Position numbers and translations under genes: made by a program. Below the pieces are notes generated by a model that saw nothing but the letters and a program-made list of their open reading frames with translations, had not been told where the DNA came from and made no database searches. DNA of 64,000 bases from Trueperaceae bacterium (lineage in GTDB: Bacteria > Deinococcota > Deinococci > Deinococcales > Trueperaceae): the NCBI GenBank assembly GCA_034520945.1, contig JAXHNB010000002.1:64001-128000 (forward strand), read 5' to 3'. How positions within the stretch are numbered: position 1 is the stretch's first letter; every line of letters begins with the position of its first letter. This document shows, piece by piece, positions 58,090-64,000 of this stretch.

Positions 58090-59653
58090 GATGGGGACGC
58101 CGCCGACGCAGCCGCAGGCCGATGCCGCTGCCGCGCGCGCACGACGCTGGGTGCTCGTCGCTGCGGTGCTGGGGTCCAGCATGGTGTTCCTCGACGGCTC
58201 CACCGTCAACGTGGCCCTGCCGGCGCTCCAAGCGTCGCTGGGAGCCACCGTCGTCGACGTCCAGTGGGTGGTCAACGCCTACACGCTGTTCCTGGCGTCG
58301 CTCCTGCTTCTGGGCGGCTCGCTGGGCGACCGGCTCGGCCGCCGGCGTGTGTTCATGGCCGGCGTGGCGCTGTTCACCGCCGCATCGATCGCATGCGGCG
58401 TGGCGCCCTCCACCGGATGGCTCATCGCGGGGCGCGCCCTGCAGGGCGTCGGCGGCGCATTGCTGACCCCTGGAAGCCTGGCGCTCATCAACGCCGCCTA
58501 TCCCGTGGACGCCCGGGGGCGCGCCATCGGCCTGTGGTCGGGGTTCTCGGCCATCACGGCCGCGGCGGGACCGGTGCTGGGCGGGTGGTTGATCGACACT
58601 CTGTCGTGGCGCTGGATCTTCTTCGTGAACGTGCCGCTGGCGATCGGCGTCCTGGCGATCGGCGCCCTGCGGGTTCCGGAGAGCCTGGGCGAGGGCCGCC
58701 GTGGGCGGCTGGACCCTGCGGGCGCCCTGCTGGCCACCCTGGGTCTGGGCGGCGTGGTGTTCGCGCTGTTGGAGTCGTCGTCCCGCGGTTTGGGCGACCT
58801 CGGGGTGTGGGCGGCCGGCGCCGGCGGCGCGGCCTGCCTGGCGGGGTTCGTGCTGGTCGAACGGCGCGTGGCCACCCCGATGCTGCCGCCGTCGCTGTTT
58901 CGCTCGCGGACGTTCGCGGGCGTGAACGTGCTCACCCTGTTGATCTACGCGACGCTCTCCGGCCTGCTGTTCTTCCTGCCGATGTCGTTGATCCAGGTGC
59001 ACGGCTACAGCGCCACGCAGGCCGGCGCCGCGACGTTGCCGTTCGTGCTGCTGTTGTTCGGCCTGTCGCGGTGGTCGGGCGGGCTGCGGGACCGCGTGGG
59101 CGCGCGCCTCCCGCTGGTGGCCGGCGCGCTGCTGGTCGCGGCGGCGTTCGCGCTGTTCGCGCTGCTCGGCGTGACGGGCCGGTACTGGACCGGCGTGTTC
59201 CCGGCCGTGATGGTGCTGGGGATGGGGATGGCGCTGGTGGTGGCGCCGCTGACCACCACCGTGATGGCCGCGGCGCCGGACGCGCTCGCGGGCACGGCCT
59301 CGGGCGTGAACAACGCCGTGTCGCGGGTGGCGGGGTTGCTGGCGATCGGCGTGTTCGGCGTGGTGATGGTGGCGGTGTTCTCGGCACGCTTGGAGACCGG
59401 CCTCGGCGCCCTTCCCCTGAGCGAAGTGCAGCGCGCGCAGGTGTGGGCGGACCGGACCGACCTGGGCGCGTTGGCGCCGCCGGAGAGCCTGTCCGAGGAG
59501 GCGCGTCGGCAGCTGGTAGCGCTGGTGGACGAGGCGTTCCTGGCAGGGTTCCGGGTGGTGATGTGGGCAATGGCGGGGCTGGGCGTCGCGGGGGCGTGGG
59601 TGGCGTGGGCGACCGTGCCGCAGAGGGCGGTGCCCGACGAGGACGAGGGGTAG
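58090..59653 (+). CDS. MFS transporter, DHA2 (14-TM) family
   Basis: DGSTVNVALP, GSLGDRLGRRR, GPVLGG, WRWIFFVNVP. Confidence 0.93.
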
Positions 59654-59673
59654 GGGGGTGGAAACGACGAGGG

Positions 59674-60267
59674 TCACGGCAGCGTCCGGGCCATGATCCG
59701 CGCGTCGGCCTCTTCCGCGACCGGCAGGAAGCCCAGGTGGCGATAGAAGCCGATCGCGCGCTCGTTCTTGGGCGCCACGCCCAGGTGAACGCCGGTGCTG
59801 CCCGACGCCGACAGGGCGTGCAGGAGCGCCTCGATCATGGCGCGGCCGTGACCGTGCCCTTGGGCGTGCGGCAACAGGTCGACGTGCAGGTGTGACGGCC
59901 AGGAGACCAAGCGTGGTGGGGGCGTGCGGGCGGGGTCGTGCAGGGCGTCGACCAGCGCGGCGTCCACTTTGGGGCGCGCAACGTCGCGGGAATACATGGC
60001 GCGCAGCGGCGGCCACCAGCGTGCCTCGCAGCGCGCCTCGAACGCGGCGGTGTCCAGCGCGCCCAGCGCGTAGCCCGCCACCTCGTCCCCGTCGCGCAGC
60101 ACGAAGGCATGCCCCGGTTCCAAGGCGAGGTACGGCCCGACGTAGAGGTGCCCCAGCAGGTTCGGGTCGGCATGCAGGTGGGTGGCGTCGCGTCCGGCGT
60201 CGCCGGTGGCGAGGCACACGCGGTAGGCCCCGGCCAGGTCGCCCGGTCGGCAGCGGTCCACCTGCAT
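59674..60267 (-). CDS. GNAT-family acetyltransferase
   Basis: HLHVDLLP.AQGHGHG, N..AIGFY.HLGF. Confidence 0.88.
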   Translation of the reverse strand: MQVDRCRPGDLAGAYRVCLATGDAGRDATHLHADPNLLGHLYVGPYLALEPGHAFVLRDGDEVAGYALGALDTAAFEARCEARWWPPLRAMYSRDVARPKVDAALVDALHDPARTPPPRLVSWPSHLHVDLLPHAQGHGHGRAMIEALLHALSASGSTGVHLGVAPKNERAIGFYRHLGFLPVAEEADARIMARTLP

Positions 60268-60357
60268 GCCCCCACGCCTCCGTCCTTGCCCGGGAGGGTT
60301 TGCGGCGACCTTGCTGCGATGGCCCCACCCCCCGGACGCGCTTGGCCGCCCAGCGTA

Positions 60358-60789
60358 CTACGGCCGGACGGGCTCGGCGTTCAGCACGCGCGCGGCGGCG
60401 TCGAAGTCCTGCTCGCGGACGTACACGATGTAGCCGAAGCGGCCCATCCCGTCCGTGACGCCGGTCGAGGCGTACACGCCGACGCCGCTCTCGCGCAACT
60501 CTTCGTGGACCTCCTTGAGCGCGCCCAGCCGGTCGTCCCCCTGGATCAACAGGGCGTAGAACGGGCCGGCGAGGTTCAGGCCGTGCGTGGCGCTGGAGCG
60601 TTCCAGGGCCCGCCGGTCGACCGGGAACAGCGTGAGCTCCACGTGATCGGGCCCGTACGGCACGGCGCTGAACGCCAACAGGTCCACCTCGGCCGAGGCC
60701 AGCTCGGCCAGCCAGTCGTAGGCGCTGTCCGGATCGCCCTCCACGCGGGCGTAGTAGTACGGTGCGGAGCGAACTCGTGTGTCCTTCAT
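60358..60789 (-). CDS. Small ACT-like hypothetical protein
   Basis: GGAGG RBS; repeated L..L....V(D/G)(L/V) beta-alpha pattern; coding codon bias. Confidence 0.6.
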   Translation of the reverse strand: MKDTRVRSAPYYYARVEGDPDSAYDWLAELASAEVDLLAFSAVPYGPDHVELTLFPVDRRALERSSATHGLNLAGPFYALLIQGDDRLGALKEVHEELRESGVGVYASTGVTDGMGRFGYIVYVREQDFDAAARVLNAEPVRP

Positions 60790-61039
60790 TCGGATCGGCC
60801 TCCGATCTGGCGTCGTGCGGACGGCGCGGCATGGGTCGTACCGTGTGGGCCGGCGCACGGGCCGGTCCGCCGCCGTGGGTCATCACGTCCACTACAGCAC
60901 GCCGGCGGGTGCGTTCGGGTCCGTCGAATTCCTACCCCGGTTCACGCCTCCAGCGGGGCGTTGCTAGAGTGAACGGCCGGTGCGCGCGTTCCGGCGTGCG
61001 ACGGGACGCCGAGCGGGGCGCGCGCCGGAGGGTTCGACC

Positions 61040-62830
61040 ATGACGAAGCATCTCGCCGACCTGGCGCACGAACTGCGACGCATCGACGGCAAGGGCTACA
61101 AGGCCTACAAGGACGTGCGGGGCGGTTGGCGCTTCCAGGGGGGCACCCTGTTCGTCGATCACGTGCAGGCCGATCCCTTCGCCGCGCCGTCCAAGCTGCG
61201 GGTCCGGTGCGACCGGGCGGCGCTGCGGATCCCGAACGACCTGGACGAGAACGCCACCCAGCGGACGGCCCTCGAGGACTTCCTGGCGCGGCGGGTGCAC
61301 GCCGCCATCGGCGAGGTGCGCGCCCGCGCCAAGCGCGAGCCGACGCTCAGCATCGACGCCGGCGGCCAGGCGGTGCTGGAACGCACGGCGATGATCGTGC
61401 GCCCCGACTTCGTCGAGGCGCGTGTCGAGGTCGGCCTGCCCGCGGCGGGGCGCCGTGTGCTCGGTCTGCAGGCCAAGGACCTGCTGTGCGACACCTTGCC
61501 GGAGCTCGTGACCCGCAGCCTGGCGTGGTCGCCGGAGGTGGACGCCGACGGGCGTGCGTTCGTGCAGTGCGTGGAGAACCAGGAGCACGTCCGGGCGCGC
61601 CTGCGGGAGATGGGGCTGGTCGCCTTCGTCGCGGACGGGGCGATCCTGCCGCGTGCCAGTGGCGTCAGCGACGCGCCGCTGCGGTCCCGGGACCGGGTGC
61701 CGTTCGAGAGCCCGGACGCGTTGCGGGTGACGGTGGACCTTCCGCATCCCGCGGACGGGCCCGGCGGCACGGCCACCTCCTTGACCGGAATGGGCGTGCC
61801 CGAGGGCGTGACGCTCGTCGTGGGGGGCGGCTACCACGGGAAGAGCACGCTGCTGCGGGCGTTGGAGGTCGGCGTCTACCCCCACGTGCCGGGCGACGGC
61901 CGCGAGTACGTGATCAGCGACCCCGACGCGGTCAAGATCCGCGCCGAGGATCGACGCCGCATCGAGGGGGTCCGCATCACGCCGTTCATCGCAGACCTGC
62001 CCGACGGGACCGACACGGAGGCCTTCTCGACCGACGAGGCCAGCGGCAGCACCAGTCAGGCCGCTGCGCTCATCGAGGCGGTCGAGGTCGGCGCCCGCGC
62101 GCTGCTGATGGACGAGGACACCTGCGCCACCAACCTGATGGTGCGCGACGCCCGCATGCAGGCGCTGGTCGCCGAGGAGGCCGAGCCGATCACGCCGCTG
62201 GTGGACCGCGTCCAGGAGCTGTACCGCGAACTGGGCGTGTCCAGCGTGCTGGTGATGGGCGGCTCGGGCGACTACCTCGACGAGGCCGACACGGTGATCC
62301 AGATGGAGCACTACCGCCCCTACGAGGTGACCGAGGCCGGCCGGAGGATCGCGCGCGAGATGCCGACGCGGCGCCAGCGGCCCGGGCGCACCGCCGCGCT
62401 GCGGGTGGCCGACCGGGCGCCGCTCGCGAACACGCTCGACCCCTCGCGCGGCAAGAAGGCCGTCAAGATCGACGCGCCCACCCGCGAGCGGCTGCGCTTC
62501 GGCCGCGAAGACGTCGACCTGCGCTGCTTGGACCAACTGGTGGACGTGAGCCAGACGCGCGCGGTCGGGCAGACGATCCGCTTGGCGGCGGGGCGCTGGA
62601 TGGACGGGCGAACGTGGCTGCGGGAGGTCCTGGGCGAGCTCGAGGCGGTACTGGACGGCGAGGGCACCGACGCGTTGAACCCCTTCGGCGGCGACGGTAC
62701 GGAGGAGCACCCGGGCCGTTTCGCCCGGCCGCGCCGGCACGAAGTCGCCGCGGCCTTGAACCGGATCCGGACCTTGGGGGTCCGCCCGGCCGTGGCGCAG
62801 ACCGCGGAAGGCGCGCCCGAGCTCAGCTGA
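61040..62830 (+). CDS. Soluble predicted ABC-class ATPase (ABC_ATPase/MRB1590-like family)
   Basis: IDGKGYKAYK, DHVQADPFAAPS, GGGYHGKS, ASGSTSQA, MDED, AAALNR.R. Confidence 0.88.
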   Translation: MTKHLADLAHELRRIDGKGYKAYKDVRGGWRFQGGTLFVDHVQADPFAAPSKLRVRCDRAALRIPNDLDENATQRTALEDFLARRVHAAIGEVRARAKREPTLSIDAGGQAVLERTAMIVRPDFVEARVEVGLPAAGRRVLGLQAKDLLCDTLPELVTRSLAWSPEVDADGRAFVQCVENQEHVRARLREMGLVAFVADGAILPRASGVSDAPLRSRDRVPFESPDALRVTVDLPHPADGPGGTATSLTGMGVPEGVTLVVGGGYHGKSTLLRALEVGVYPHVPGDGREYVISDPDAVKIRAEDRRRIEGVRITPFIADLPDGTDTEAFSTDEASGSTSQAAALIEAVEVGARALLMDEDTCATNLMVRDARMQALVAEEAEPITPLVDRVQELYRELGVSSVLVMGGSGDYLDEADTVIQMEHYRPYEVTEAGRRIAREMPTRRQRPGRTAALRVADRAPLANTLDPSRGKKAVKIDAPTRERLRFGREDVDLRCLDQLVDVSQTRAVGQTIRLAAGRWMDGRTWLREVLGELEAVLDGEGTDALNPFGGDGTEEHPGRFARPRRHEVAAALNRIRTLGVRPAVAQTAEGAPELS

Positions 62831-63281
62831 GCGCAGCGAGGACGTCGGCCCGAACGCGGGGGATCAGCGTGGCGAGCGCGGCTTCGCCTGTGTCGGATCG
62901 TTCGTCGCCGAGGCCGAACCGCGCCCCCTCCACGGCGTACAGCACCAGCCTGCCGGTGAGGAGCCCTAGCGTCTGGGCCAGCTCGATGGCGACGGCCAGG
63001 TCGAAGGCGTGCGAGGACGGTCCGGAGCGGCGGGTGGGGAGCGGGTCGCGTCCCCGTTCGAAGCGGTGGACCTCGCCCGGCCGTCCGCCGGCGTGGGCGG
63101 CGTCGATCAGCACTACCAGGTCGGCGCCCTCCCACGAAGCGATCAGGTCGACCGGCTCGCCGGGGTGCGCGTGGACCTCCGCGACCCCGTCCAAAGCGGG
63201 CGCCAACCTGCGCGCCGCCTCGAGCCCGAGGCCGTCGTCGCCGCGCTGAATGTTGCCGAGCCCGATCACCACGGCGCGCAC
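62823..63281 (-). CDS. Hydrogenase maturation protease
   Basis: GLGNIQRGDDGLG, LIDA, SSH; directly after the large subunit. Confidence 0.92.
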   Translation of the reverse strand: MRAVVIGLGNIQRGDDGLGLEAARRLAPALDGVAEVHAHPGEPVDLIASWEGADLVVLIDAAHAGGRPGEVHRFERGRDPLPTRRSGPSSHAFDLAVAIELAQTLGLLTGRLVLYAVEGARFGLGDERSDTGEAALATLIPRVRADVLAALS

Positions 63282-63285
63282 CTTC

Positions 63286-64000
63286 TCACCCCTTCCGGTC
63301 CACGTTCAGGGTCAAAAAGTGGGTGGAACAGGAGATGCAGGGGTCGTAGTTGCGGATCGCCTGCTCGCAGCGCCACTGCAGCTCCTCGTCGCCCAAGTGA
63401 AGGTGGGCCTGCGCGAAGCGGCGCAGGTCGTCCTCGACCGACGCCTGGTTCTGCGAGGTGGGCGGCACGATGGTGCACCCCTCGACCAGGCCGTCCTCGC
63501 TCAGGTCGTAGCGGTGGTACAGCAGGCCGCGCGGCGCTTCGCTCCAGCCGTGACCGCGCGCCCGGCGTGGCTCGGCCTCGAGGTACGGCCGCGTCGGCGG
63601 TTCGTAGCGGTCGATCAGGCGGATCGCTTCCTCGGCGGCGTACACCAGTTCGACGCTGCGAACCACGATGCTTTGGTACGGGTTGCGGCACTCGGGGCCC
63701 AGTCCTGCGGCGGTGGCGGCGTCGCGCGCCAGGTCGGACAGCTGGTCGTAGTTGAGGGTGTAGCGCGCCTGCGGGCCGACCAGGTAGCGCTGTCCGTCCA
63801 TCGCTGCGTGCAGTGCCGTGGAGTGCTCCACCTGGTGCTCTACGAAGTGCGTCTCGTATTCGCGGGCGGGCAGGTCCAGGCCGGTGCTCGACACCAGGCG
63901 GCCGTCCTCGATCGCATAGCGCTCGGGCGTGTGCAGCGCCACGAACGGATGCTCCTGGACCAGCTCCGGCATGTCGAACCCGCCGACCCACCGCACGGTC
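63286..64000 (-). CDS. [NiFe]-hydrogenase large subunit, group 3b (sulfhydrogenase alpha-like), 3' part only
   Basis: EAPRGLLYHRY, PPTSQN, RNYDPCISCSTH followed by a short cleavable tail; runs off the window. Confidence 0.9.
   Translation of the reverse strand, partial: TVRWVGGFDMPELVQEHPFVALHTPERYAIEDGRLVSSTGLDLPAREYETHFVEHQVEHSTALHAAMDGQRYLVGPQARYTLNYDQLSDLARDAATAAGLGPECRNPYQSIVVRSVELVYAAEEAIRLIDRYEPPTRPYLEAEPRRARGHGWSEAPRGLLYHRYDLSEDGLVEGCTIVPPTSQNQASVEDDLRRFAQAHLHLGDEELQWRCEQAIRNYDPCISCSTHFLTLNVDRKG

Noticed and set aside
56299..60892. Very long alternative ORFs (56299..59895 +, 57374..60892 -) and many similar ones
   Set aside because: Arg/Gly/Pro-rich shadow frames of real genes, expected at this GC content.
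1..64000. Prophage, IS, integrase, tRNA, rRNA or CRISPR
   Set aside because: No such motifs recognised by eye; the fibre-like gene has a signal peptide and no phage neighbours. A tRNA/Rfam scan was not possible.

Overview
Very GC-rich bacterial chromosomal segment. It is probably from Deinococcota (Truepera-like): this is inferred from a CYP287-like carotenoid P450, leaderless TANNNT-N6-ATG starts and acidic exported proteins. About 55 genes are present. In order: a pentose-type ABC transporter with an FGGY kinase; a TetR-headed carotenoid modification operon; an Mre11/Rad50-like (YhaO/YhaN-type) pair; an M14 deacylase divergent from an Fe3+/polyamine-class ABC transporter; a four-gene surface cluster (Ig-domain lipoprotein, signal-peptide-bearing tail-fibre-like protein, catalytically dead C39 domain, Lnt); an IclR-controlled orphan sugar catabolic cluster; a three-domain NirK; a globin-coupled stressosome wired to a sensor-less hybrid kinase; a PspC/STAND-regulator/ABC-2 exporter block; and the 3' end of a group 3b-type [NiFe]-hydrogenase operon. 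No rRNA, tRNA, CRISPR array, integrase or transposase was recognised. Several genes carry small frameshifts, mostly in G/C runs, which may be sequencing errors. Bases 1-159 duplicate 17095-17254. The best candidates for an undescribed system are the fibre cluster (21.3-25.3 kb) and the stressosome-phosphorelay (42.4-47.5 kb). All family calls come from motif recognition by eye; no searches were run.
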